Shown here one piece after another: positions 17,704 through 26,264 of a stretch of DNA of 43,100 bases. This DNA comes from Archangiaceae bacterium. GTDB taxonomy: Bacteria > Myxococcota > Myxococcia > Myxococcales > Myxococcaceae. Under the pieces are notes generated by a model. The model ran no database searches. It saw only the letters and a list, made by a program, of their open reading frames with translations, and was not told the origin of the DNA. The DNA is taken from contig JAYVCD010000353.1 in assembly GCA_043750125.1 (NCBI GenBank), positions 1-43,100 on the forward strand, read 5' to 3'. How positions within the stretch are numbered: position 1 is the stretch's first letter; each line of letters opens with the position of its first letter. The position numbers and the translations under genes were made by a program.

Positions 17704-19025
17704 AGTTCAAGCTCTCGCGTCGAACCCTGCTGCGGGCCTCGGGGGTCGCGCTCAGTCTTCCCTTCCTCGAAGCGATGATGCCGCGCACCGCTCAAGCCGC
17801 CGCGGGAAAGGCGCTGCGCCTGGTCGGCTGGTACCTGCCCAATGGGTACTACCGCACCACCACCGCGGGGGTGGTGAAGGACGATTGGACTCCCACCGGC
17901 ACTGGCACCAACTACACGCTGAGCCCGATTCTTCAGCCGCTGTTGCCGTTCAAGAGCGACTTTCAGGTGCTGACCGGAATCCAGAATGCTCCGGCCGAGC
18001 TGTCGAGCATCAGCTGTGGCCACGCCCGCGGCACGGGCAGCTTCTTGAGCTGCGTCGCGCCGGGGGGAGCCGGGACCGTCGGGGGTCTGTCGATGGACCA
18101 GGCGGCGGCCGCCCAGCTCAAACAGTTCACCCGGTATTCGTCGATCGAGCTGGGCACCGACTCGGTCGGGGGCGACGTTCCGATTCGCAGCGCGATTGCG
18201 TGGGCCGACGCCAACACTCCGCTGGCGAAAGAGACGCGCGCGAGCAGCCTGTTCGATCGCTTGTTCGCCGGCCCCGAGGCCAACCTCTCGATGGCCGAGA
18301 AACAAAAACGGCTGCTGTACCGAAAGAGCATCCTCGATTCGGTGCTCTCGTCGGCCAATGGGTTGAAGGCCAGGCTTGGCAGCGGCGACAAGCAGAAGCT
18401 CGAGGGCTACCTGACCGGGGTTCGCGAGCTCGAGCAGCGGCTGGATGCTCCGGCCGGAACGGCGGCCTGCATGCCGGGGACACGGCCTCCTCCGACGGGC
18501 GACATCCGCACCCAGGTCAAGCAGCTGCTCGACGTGATGGCGCTCGCCTTCCAGTGCGATGTGACCCGCGTCTCGACGTTCATGTTTGATCGCGCCGGCA
18601 GCGATCTGGCGTTCCCGTTCTTGACCGCCAATGGCGCGCCGATCAACGCCGGCTGGCACGGGACTTCGCACCACCACGGAGTAGCCGCGAACCTCGCGCA
18701 GCTCAAATCGATCTTGATCTGGCAGATGGAACAGTTCGCGTACTTCCTCGGGAAGCTGAAGGCGATCGACGAAGGGGGCGAGTCGGTGCTCGCCAAGAGC
18801 TGCATCTTCTTGTCTTCCGAGCTGGGCGATGGAGATCTCCACGAGCACAAGAACCTGCCGGTGATCGTGGCGGGCGGCGCTGGCGGAGCGCTGACTCCCG
18901 GCAAGCACCTCGTCTTCACCAATCAGCCGCACAAGTCCGACCTGTTCTTGACCCTGCTGCACAGCGTGGGCGTCAACGTGACGAAGTTCGGCGCAGATTC
19001 GACGACCGCGCTCGTGATGAGCTGA
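17700..19025 (+). CDS. DUF1552 domain protein (Tat-exported)
   Basis: SRRTLLR..LPFLEAM Tat signal, LAFQCDVTRV, HGTSHH; ATGA-coupled to the DUF1592 gene. Confidence 0.88.
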   Translation: MKFKLSRRTLLRASGVALSLPFLEAMMPRTAQAAAGKALRLVGWYLPNGYYRTTTAGVVKDDWTPTGTGTNYTLSPILQPLLPFKSDFQVLTGIQNAPAELSSISCGHARGTGSFLSCVAPGGAGTVGGLSMDQAAAAQLKQFTRYSSIELGTDSVGGDVPIRSAIAWADANTPLAKETRASSLFDRLFAGPEANLSMAEKQKRLLYRKSILDSVLSSANGLKARLGSGDKQKLEGYLTGVRELEQRLDAPAGTAACMPGTRPPPTGDIRTQVKQLLDVMALAFQCDVTRVSTFMFDRAGSDLAFPFLTANGAPINAGWHGTSHHHGVAANLAQLKSILIWQMEQFAYFLGKLKAIDEGGESVLAKSCIFLSSELGDGDLHEHKNLPVIVAGGAGGALTPGKHLVFTNQPHKSDLFLTLLHSVGVNVTKFGADSTTALVMS

Positions 19026-19048
19026 CCATTCGAGCGTAAGTAGCTCCT

Positions 19049-20053
19049 GTGCTCACTGTGCTCCTGCTGACCCTGGCTCAAACCCCCGAGCCCACGCTTC
19101 GAATCCGCGCTGTGGGTGACGTGATGCTCGGCACCACGGTGCCCGAAGGCTTTCTTCCGCCCGAGGACGGGGTTCATTCGCTCGACGACGTAGCCGACTG
19201 GCTCAAAGACGCAGATCTCACCTTCGCCAATCTCGAGGGCCCGCTGTGCGACTCGGGCGAGACGACGAAGTGCAAGAAGACCGGCACCTGCTACGCATTT
19301 CGGTGTCCCACCCATTACGTGAAGTACCTCGTCGACGTGGGGGTGGACCTGGCTTCCACCGCCAACAACCACGCGGGCGATTTCGGGGACGTCTGTCGGC
19401 GAGAGACCGAGAAGACGCTCGATGGCGCCGGCATCACCTGGAGCGGAGCCAAGGGCACCATCGGCACCCGCACCCTTCCCGACGGGCGGAAGCTGGCCCT
19501 GGTCGGCTTCCACACTTCGGCCGTGACCAATGACATGAATGATCTCGAAGCGGCGCGCGCGATCGTGAAGCAGGCGAAGGCCGGCAACGACCTGGTGATC
19601 GTCAGCTTTCACGGGGGAGGCGAGGGGACCAAAGCCAATCGGGTGGTGAAGGGCACCGAGACGTACCTGGGCGAAAACCGCGGCGACCTGCCGGCGTTCA
19701 CCCACGCGGTGATCGACGCCGGCGCGGACCTGGTGCTCGGGCACGGCCCCCACGTGCTGCGCGGGCTCGAGCTCTACAAGGGACACCTGATCGCCTACTC
19801 GATGGGAAATTTTGCGACCTACGGCCGCTTCAATCTCTCAGGCCCGCTGAAGATCGGCGTGGTCCTCGAGGTGGAACTGGCCAAAGACGGCGCCTTCGTT
19901 CGCGGCAAGCTTCTTCCCACCGCGCAGGAAGGGCAGGGGATTCCGAAGAAAGATCCCCAGGCGCGGGCGGTGAAGATGGCCGCTGAGCTGACCGCGCTCG
20001 ATTTCCCGAAGTCGGGCGTGAAGATTGGAAGCGATGGGGTGCTCAGCCTTTAG
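19049..20053 (+). CDS. CapA/PGA_cap family metallophosphoesterase-like protein
   Basis: VGDVMLG, NLEGP, ANNHAGDFG, SFHGG, GHGPHV, YSMGNF. Confidence 0.9.
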   Translation: MLTVLLLTLAQTPEPTLRIRAVGDVMLGTTVPEGFLPPEDGVHSLDDVADWLKDADLTFANLEGPLCDSGETTKCKKTGTCYAFRCPTHYVKYLVDVGVDLASTANNHAGDFGDVCRRETEKTLDGAGITWSGAKGTIGTRTLPDGRKLALVGFHTSAVTNDMNDLEAARAIVKQAKAGNDLVIVSFHGGGEGTKANRVVKGTETYLGENRGDLPAFTHAVIDAGADLVLGHGPHVLRGLELYKGHLIAYSMGNFATYGRFNLSGPLKIGVVLEVELAKDGAFVRGKLLPTAQEGQGIPKKDPQARAVKMAAELTALDFPKSGVKIGSDGVLSL

Positions 20054-20216
20054 CCGCGCGCCCTTTTTAAAAGAAGACGTTCGGGTCGTGCCGGGCCGCA
20101 GTTTGATGGCGGTCGCGGTGAAGTTGCGGTCAAGCAAGGTGACGGCGTGGGTCGGGCTCGGCGGGGGCGCGGGGCTGGGGGCGCTTCGCGACACCCAAAT
20201 GTTCCCACGCTGAAGC

Positions 20217-21021
20217 TCAGCTCGCGGCCAGCGCTTGCGAGAGCACGCTGGCCACCCCAACGTTCGGCGCAAATGCCAGGCGCACCGCTGGCACCACTGC
20301 GAGCAGCCGGCTTGCGATTTGGAACAACGAAGAGCGCACCTGAGGCGAAGCCGCCGGCTCCAGCACGTTGGGCAACAGAACCCGTAACACCTCTGAAGGC
20401 GCGATCGGCGAGAGCTGTGCAAACGGGGCATGGGCCAGAATTCCGATCTGCTTCAACGAGGCGCGCCCTGCGGTGCTGGCATTCCAGGGCGTTGCCCAGA
20501 CTGAAAAACCAGTCTGCTCAGGAAGGACCCCGACCAGCTCGTCTGAGAGCAGCTGGAGTCCGCCCGCGCGCCCCCACCATCCCAGAGTGCTCTTCCCCGC
20601 TCCCGAGGCCCCCGTGAAGAGGGCCGCGCGGCCTTGATCGGCAAGGGCCACCCCGTGAACCAGCAGCCCGCCGCGGCGCAGCAGGGAATCACCCAGCAGA
20701 ACCCGGACCACCGCTTCGATCGGGAACCGCTCGAGCGGCCCGCGCACCCACCCCTCGCGGCGGTCGGCGGAAATGCGCGCCTCGAAGCAATCGCCGTCGA
20801 GCCTCAACCCCCCGTCGGGTTCGAGGCGAGTGGCCGGCAGCAGCGGCAGCCAGGCGGCAGGCCGGATGACCTGGCCGCGCAGCTCAACCTTCAGCGCGAG
20901 CCGGCTCGCCAGTGGGGGCACGGCAAAGGCATGCCAAGACTCACCGATTGGGTCGAGGTGTGCCGAACCCTCGAGCGAAAATTCGAAGCCGGCAATCGAA
21001 AAGGAAGAGATGAGCCCTCAA
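20217..21021 (-). CDS. HprK-related P-loop kinase (paralogue 2), 5' end frameshifted or non-canonical
   Basis: GLLVHGVAL, GASGAGKSTL, LSDELV, ATPW. The coding frame is open upstream of GTG 20921 to 21017 (SIAGFEFSLEG); the coupled TTG at 21021 is one base out of frame. Confidence 0.75.
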
Positions 21022-21188
21022 CCCCCGCTCGGGATGCAGATGTCCGATACGCAGATATCCTGCAGCGCGCAAGGGGGCGAGCAGGCAGCCAAGGCGGTGA
21101 ACTCGTGCTCCCACAAAATTACCGGAGCCTCGTAACGGTCAGGACTCGATTCGGATGGAAGCGGCTTCTTATCGTCCATTGAAGACAT
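21018..21188 (-). CDS. Putative RiPP precursor peptide (56 aa; YEAP leader motif, 4-Cys core)
   Basis: MSSMDDKKPLPSESSPDRYEAPVILWEHEFTALAACSPPCALQDICVSDICIPSGG; fills the gap between the propeller gene and the kinase, in an operon headed by PqqD. Alternative start ATG 21179. Confidence 0.7.
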   Translation of the reverse strand: MSSMDDKKPLPSESSPDRYEAPVILWEHEFTALAACSPPCALQDICVSDICIPSGG

Positions 21189-21192
21189 TCTA
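21187..21192 (-). promoter_or_regulatory. Putative -10 element (TAGAAT) 7 nt before ATG 21179
   Basis: TAGAAT-N7-ATG, no Shine-Dalgarno; would give the peptide its own leaderless transcript. Confidence 0.4.
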
Positions 21193-21195
21193 AAC

Positions 21196-24100
21196 TCAGA
21201 ACGGAAGATCGACCGCGCACAGTCGCCCGTCCAGCCCTCCGACGAACAAGCGCCTGGGAGATGTGGTGTGATCGATCGAAGGCATCCCCAACGCGGTCGC
21301 CGAGACACTGAAAGAAGCCTCGACTGCTCCGGTGGCGAAGTCGATCCGGTACACTCTTCCCAGTGAGTCCGAGACGTACAGTTTGTAAGGCGCGACGAAG
21401 GCGTCTAGCCGCGCGGCCGAAGCGCCGCTGAGCGCGGGAGGAGCCGCCCACACCGGGCTCACCGTGCTGCCCCCATCGCCATTCGCGGTGACCGTATAAC
21501 GCTGGACTCCGGCGGGGGTGCTGGCGACGAAGCCGTAGGCCCCCAGCGGAACCAGATACCCCGAAACCGCGCCGCCCAGATTGTAGCTCCACCGCTGGGC
21601 CATTGTGTTGAGGTCGAATCCGTACGCAACGCCCGCGTTGGTGACGACGTAAATTTCCCCGGCGGTCGAGTTGCGCGTCACCGCATCGTCGATGTCCCCC
21701 AGATTAAAGGTGGGCATCACCGCCAGCGGGTTGAGGGTGTCGACGATTCGAAGGGACGGCTGGGTGCCTCCAACGCCGGCGCGGCTGGCCACCCAGAGCC
21801 GGTTGTTCCGATAGTCGACGGCCATTCCCCCGCTGATGATGTCGAGGTTCCCCGGGTTGAGGGACCACTTCTGGGTACCGTCGACACTGGACAGCGCCCA
21901 GATCCGGTTGGTGCTGGTGCTGGCGGTGCGGGTGCCGAAGAAGACCAGATCCATGTTGGGGTATCGGGCCCGGAACGCAGCCCCTCCGTCGGTCGCCGGG
22001 TCCGTGAATTGCGTCAACTGCACCGCAGCCTGTGCCTGGACTCCGCCGATGCTTGCCCCGCCATTTCCGTTCCACACCGTCAAACCCGTGTCGACGTCAA
22101 TCGCATAGGTGAACCCGGACTGATCGCCGCCGAGCAGGTACGTCCCGGTACGGCCGAACAGCGGGGTCACCGTCGGGCGGCTCTGGACGATGCCGGTGGT
22201 AGCAGCCGGCCGCCAGCGCTCAGTGCCGCCGAGCGTGGGATCGGTCGAAATGTTGATTCCGGTGTACGCCCTCGCGTTGCTCGAAGTGTAGACGCCCTTT
22301 CCGAAATCAGTGAACGGCTGCTGCGGCGTGGGGAGGCCGACGCTGTAACACCACGCCGGCGACGTCGGAGCGCCCGAGGTCGGGATCGCGAACAGCCCCG
22401 AGCTGGTGGGAACGTCGCCCGACGAATACAGGTTGTAGGCGTCGTGGTTGAAGACCTTGTAGTAGTAGCGAGTGCCGTTGGTCAGTCCTGTGTCCCCATA
22501 GGTCGACGCGTAGCTCTGTAGATCTGCGTACAGAACGGTGGCGTTTCCCACTCCACCATCAGCTTGATTTGGAACTTCTCCCACGTTGTACCTGCGCCCA
22601 TTGACGGGCGCCGCGTTGGGGATCCCCGCGGTCGAGCGCAGCAGCAGCGATCCATCGTGATCGAGCGGGTTGTTCCAGGCCAGCCCGATTTTCGAGTTGG
22701 TGGCGATCGCGGTGAAACTGCTCAGCGCCGGCACTGTGCGGGGCACGAAGATCGAAACCGGGGTCTCGACCCGCACCGTGGTGCCGTCGGCCTGAAGCAG
22801 CTCGAACCGATGACTGAAGGTGGTGGTCGCAGTAACGGTGGCGATCGAGCTGAAGGTGAAAGTGAACTTCCGGGTGCTGTTTCCGGGAGGGGGCTGGATG
22901 TTAACGGCGGTGTTGGGCGAGGTGATCGGCGTCTTCCTCAGCGAACTGCTGTGGTTGCCCGGAGTCCAGCCCGACGTATCGGCCGACCAGGGAGTTCCCG
23001 AGGCGAGGAAGTGAGAATCGGGATCCAGCAGGCTGATTCCCTTGATGTCCTGATTGGCGCCGTTGAAGACCGTGTATTCCACCGACACCGGCCCGCTGTT
23101 CGACAGAACGTTCGGGTTGGCCGACACGGTGTGGGTGACGACCAGGCCGGTGGCCGAGCCGACCGGATCGCTCGAGATCGGAAACCCGCCGGAGACGGCA
23201 TTGGCCTGGCCGCTGAACTGGAACGTGCTGCCGGGGATGCCGGTGATTGTGTAGAAATAGACAAAGCTGGTTCCACTGCCCGGCGGTAACGAGGTCTGGC
23301 TGGCGGGCGTGGGCCCGCTGTTGAGCGTTGCAGTCACGGTCCCAGTCAAAGACGGCGTCGTGGGTGAGACGTTCAGGTACTGGCCGTTAGAGTTGTTGCG
23401 CACCGAGAGGGTGACCCGCACCGTTGAGCCGGAAACGAGCTTGTCGGGATAAATGCTGATCGTCCCCGGAAACCGGCCAGCGGCGAGATCACCGGTGTCG
23501 ACCGATTGGGAGTTGAGGCTGTTGGTGCTGGTATGCCCCGAGTCGGTGAAGCGGAAGACTCCTTGGTTGTTGCTGCGGTAGGTCCACTGGAAGACCCCGG
23601 TCGCGTCTTGCGCCAGCACGATCGAGGTCGGGCTGGGGGAGGTCAGCAGGGTGAACGCCGCAGGGACGGCCGGCATGGCGGTAAGGACGTCGGTGATGGT
23701 GGGGTCAAAGCGAGGCAGGAGCGTGGCGCTGCCGGTGCTGCGGTTGGTCAACGTGAGAGTCACCGTCACCGTCGCACCTGTCGGAGTCGAAGTCGGGTTT
23801 ACCGACAGGCTTGCCCCAATGCCGATTCGTTTCCAGGTTGGACTGGTGCCCAGGGTCACCACCGGAGCTCCTGTGGCGCACGCGAAGCTGGCTGAGGTCT
23901 TGTTTCCGTTGCCGGTAGTGATGAAGACCTCCGAATTCTGATCGGCATTGGCGGGCTGGCCGATGACTCTCAAGGTGAAAACGGCGGAGCCACCGGCAGC
24001 GATTCCCCGTGGACAGGCGGATCCGGTGGCGGTGAAGACCACCTTGCGATTGAGCTTGTCGACCGTGCTCACCTGCCAACCGACAGGAGCCAGGCCCCCG

Positions 24101-24324
24101 TCAATGTCGTAGTTGCTCTGGGTGAGCTGGAGGTTGACTTGCGTCAGCGCCTCGCCGCCCGTGCTGGTGTTGTTGACGTTGAACGAGATCGACGAGATCT
24201 CACCCATGACCGCCGATCCACTGGCGTAAGTGCTGGTCCAACTCGCGGTGGCGAACGCCGTGGCCGGAGCCAGCAACAAAGCGGTGAGAAGAATTAGATT
24301 TCTCATTGGGCCGATTTGCCTCAT
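21196..24324 (-). CDS. Large secreted protein: Ig-like repeats, FN3-like domain and C-terminal PQQ-like beta-propeller
   Basis: Signal peptide ending ATAFA; S/T-rich beta domains; YGDTGLTNGTRYYYKVF (FN3-like); propeller blades YAIDVDTGLTVW, ALSSVDGTQKW, FDLNTMAQRW. Confidence 0.8.
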   Translation of the reverse strand: MRQIGPMRNLILLTALLLAPATAFATASWTSTYASGSAVMGEISSISFNVNNTSTGGEALTQVNLQLTQSNYDIDGGLAPVGWQVSTVDKLNRKVVFTATGSACPRGIAAGGSAVFTLRVIGQPANADQNSEVFITTGNGNKTSASFACATGAPVVTLGTSPTWKRIGIGASLSVNPTSTPTGATVTVTLTLTNRSTGSATLLPRFDPTITDVLTAMPAVPAAFTLLTSPSPTSIVLAQDATGVFQWTYRSNNQGVFRFTDSGHTSTNSLNSQSVDTGDLAAGRFPGTISIYPDKLVSGSTVRVTLSVRNNSNGQYLNVSPTTPSLTGTVTATLNSGPTPASQTSLPPGSGTSFVYFYTITGIPGSTFQFSGQANAVSGGFPISSDPVGSATGLVVTHTVSANPNVLSNSGPVSVEYTVFNGANQDIKGISLLDPDSHFLASGTPWSADTSGWTPGNHSSSLRKTPITSPNTAVNIQPPPGNSTRKFTFTFSSIATVTATTTFSHRFELLQADGTTVRVETPVSIFVPRTVPALSSFTAIATNSKIGLAWNNPLDHDGSLLLRSTAGIPNAAPVNGRRYNVGEVPNQADGGVGNATVLYADLQSYASTYGDTGLTNGTRYYYKVFNHDAYNLYSSGDVPTSSGLFAIPTSGAPTSPAWCYSVGLPTPQQPFTDFGKGVYTSSNARAYTGINISTDPTLGGTERWRPAATTGIVQSRPTVTPLFGRTGTYLLGGDQSGFTYAIDVDTGLTVWNGNGGASIGGVQAQAAVQLTQFTDPATDGGAAFRARYPNMDLVFFGTRTASTSTNRIWALSSVDGTQKWSLNPGNLDIISGGMAVDYRNNRLWVASRAGVGGTQPSLRIVDTLNPLAVMPTFNLGDIDDAVTRNSTAGEIYVVTNAGVAYGFDLNTMAQRWSYNLGGAVSGYLVPLGAYGFVASTPAGVQRYTVTANGDGGSTVSPVWAAPPALSGASAARLDAFVAPYKLYVSDSLGRVYRIDFATGAVEASFSVSATALGMPSIDHTTSPRRLFVGGLDGRLCAVDLPF

Positions 24325-24830
24325 GGGGTCAGCTCGAAGTTGTGATTTTGCACTGACTTGCCATCGATCAGCAGGCGCGCGGTCCAGGTGCCAATCATTT
24401 TCCCGGTGTCGACTGCGGTCGCGGCGACAGGCAAAACGAACTCGAGCGGGTGCGGCTCGAAGGCAGAGCCCTCAAGCGCAACTTCCTGCCGGTCGTAGGG
24501 AGCCCCGGCGGGGTTGACGAACTCGAGGGCCGCCGTGCTGGGAGCGCCGGCACCGAACACCTCGAAAGCCACCGTCACCTGGCGTACCCGGGGGATGCTG
24601 GTTTCCAAAGCAGGAACGACGGTGATCCGAGAGGTCGCACGCAAAGGCGGCACGGGTTGCTCAACCGGAGTCGCGAGCCCAATCAGAGAGGCCGGCTCGA
24701 GCGACGGATTTTGAAGATTGTCCGGGGGGAGGACCACGTTCCCACCTGGGTCGAGGATTTTCCCGGCCGACTCCTGCTGAACACAGCCGGCCAACGACAA
24801 CACCACCACCGCGCTCCAAACTCTCATCAT
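24321..24830 (-). CDS. Hypothetical lipoprotein
   Basis: Lipobox LAGC; ATGA overlaps with both neighbours. Confidence 0.8.
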   Translation of the reverse strand: MMRVWSAVVVLSLAGCVQQESAGKILDPGGNVVLPPDNLQNPSLEPASLIGLATPVEQPVPPLRATSRITVVPALETSIPRVRQVTVAFEVFGAGAPSTAALEFVNPAGAPYDRQEVALEGSAFEPHPLEFVLPVAATAVDTGKMIGTWTARLLIDGKSVQNHNFELTP

Positions 24831-25150
24831 TTGCCTCCAGCTGAATTCGGAGTGGGTTGATCGAGCCTCAACAACTTTTTCTGAGCCAACTTGACAACGA
24901 AGGGCGCGACATCATGCAGGGCGCGCTCGGCGGGGACCCCAAATTCCGAAGCAACGCAGCTGGCGATCTCGGCGACCGAGCGGCGACCATCAATCAATTC
25001 CCAGACTCGCGCTCCGGTGGGGTTGAGCCCGCGCACGACGCTCCCTGGTGCATCTAAAATCACGAACTCCGTGCCCAGCCGGCTGGAGTCCGTGCCTGAT
25101 GCTTTGAGTGGAATTCTTCCCTCGTCCAACAGCGTTTTCGACTCGGTCAT
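24827..25150 (-). CDS. Stand-alone PqqD-family protein (RiPP recognition element)
   Basis: EFVILD..GLNPTGARVWELIDGRRSVAEIA..EFGV..ALHDV..FVVKLAQKKLL, the PqqD/RRE signature. Confidence 0.9.
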   Translation of the reverse strand: MTESKTLLDEGRIPLKASGTDSSRLGTEFVILDAPGSVVRGLNPTGARVWELIDGRRSVAEIASCVASEFGVPAERALHDVAPFVVKLAQKKLLRLDQPTPNSAGGK

Positions 25151-25335
25151 TGGACGTCAAATCTATAGGATCATCGAGCAGAGATCGAGGCGGCGCCCAG
25201 GGTGCCCATGGGGCGCCATTGACCCACAACGCCGTCGCAATGTGGGTCGCCGTATGGTGCGCGGTGCCGACCCAGTCCCAGCAGAACAGCCGGAGCGGAA
25301 ACGCGTGCAGGGGCGAGGGTCTGGGCGCCTGTTCT

Positions 25336-26235
25336 TCACTTTCCCTGAGGCGCTTTGACCTCAATGCCGGCCAGCGTTTCGAAAGCAGTGATCACCGCCG
25401 CGATGTCCGAAGCCCCTTTCCCCGCCGCGCGGGCCAGGTTGTAGGTCTCACGCAGCGACGCGGCGGTCGGCGTCGGTACTTTTTCTTTCGCCGCGCTTTC
25501 GAGAAACAGCCCGAGATCTTTGTGCATCAGGTCGATCGAAAAGTGCGTTCCAAAGTCTCGCTCGAGGATCTGCTTGCCCTTGAAGTCGAAGTACGGCGAA
25601 CGAAAGCCCGACGCAGCCACCACCTCGAGCAGCTTGCGCACGTCGACTCCCGCTTTCGCCGTCAGCAGCATCCCTTCCGACAGGCCCTGAAGCATCGCGG
25701 CGATCAACACGTTTCCGGCCAGCTTCACCTGGGTCGCAGCCCCGACGGGGCCACAGTGAATCGCCTTCTCGCCGACCGCTTCGAAGATCGGCGCACAGCG
25801 CGCAAACGTCTGCGGCGAACAGCCCGTCATGATCACCAAGGTTCCTTTCTCGGCTCCGTTCTTCGACCCCGTTACCGGCGCCTCGGCGAAGTCCACCCCC
25901 CGCTCTGCGAAGGTGGTCTCCAGCTGCTGGGTCAGCTCGGCTGAGACGGTGCTGAAGTCGATGAACAGCTGCCCTTTCCGGGCTCCCGTGAGCAGCCCCT
26001 GGGGCCCCAGCGCGACCTCTCGCAAGGCGGCTGGGTCTGCGACGCAGGTGCAGAAGGCGTCGACTTCCGCAGCCAGCGCGGCCGGGGTCTCGGCGGCGAT
26101 GACCCCGACACTGGCCAGCTCGGCCACCCGCGCGGGAGTGCGGTTGTACGCGTGGACGGTAAAACCTTTGGTCGCGAGGTTCTTCGCCATCCGGCTGCCC
26201 ATCAGACCCAATCCGACAAAACCGATTTTCTTCAT
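25336..26235 (-). CDS. NAD(P)-dependent oxidoreductase, 3-hydroxyisobutyrate dehydrogenase family
   Basis: KIGFVGLGLMG, EAPVTGS, KLAGN, FSIDLMHKDL. Confidence 0.92.
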   Translation of the reverse strand: MKKIGFVGLGLMGSRMAKNLATKGFTVHAYNRTPARVAELASVGVIAAETPAALAAEVDAFCTCVADPAALREVALGPQGLLTGARKGQLFIDFSTVSAELTQQLETTFAERGVDFAEAPVTGSKNGAEKGTLVIMTGCSPQTFARCAPIFEAVGEKAIHCGPVGAATQVKLAGNVLIAAMLQGLSEGMLLTAKAGVDVRKLLEVVAASGFRSPYFDFKGKQILERDFGTHFSIDLMHKDLGLFLESAAKEKVPTPTAASLRETYNLARAAGKGASDIAAVITAFETLAGIEVKAPQGK

Positions 26236-26264
26236 TGGTAGGGGTTCCCATATGGTGGCAGGGC

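Noticed and set aside
19049-20053. Poly-gamma-glutamate capsule locus
   Set aside because: The CapA-family gene is alone, with no capB or capC.
20054-20216. Possible small ORF or RNA between the CapA gene and kinase 2
   Set aside because: No credible start, RBS, motif or clear structure.
20217-20921. Canonical HPr kinase/phosphorylase (hprK)
   Set aside because: Only the P-loop core matches; it lacks the HprK N-terminal domain and any PTS gene context. The same holds for 12719-13438.
21018-21020. Selenocysteine read-through fusing peptide and kinase 2
   Set aside because: The TGA is in frame, but I found no convincing SECIS-like hairpin and no redox-motif context; a coupled TTG start with a frameshift explains the N-terminus better.
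24827-25150. PQQ biosynthesis
   Set aside because: No pqqB, pqqC or pqqE nearby, and the peptide lacks the PqqA ExxxY core.
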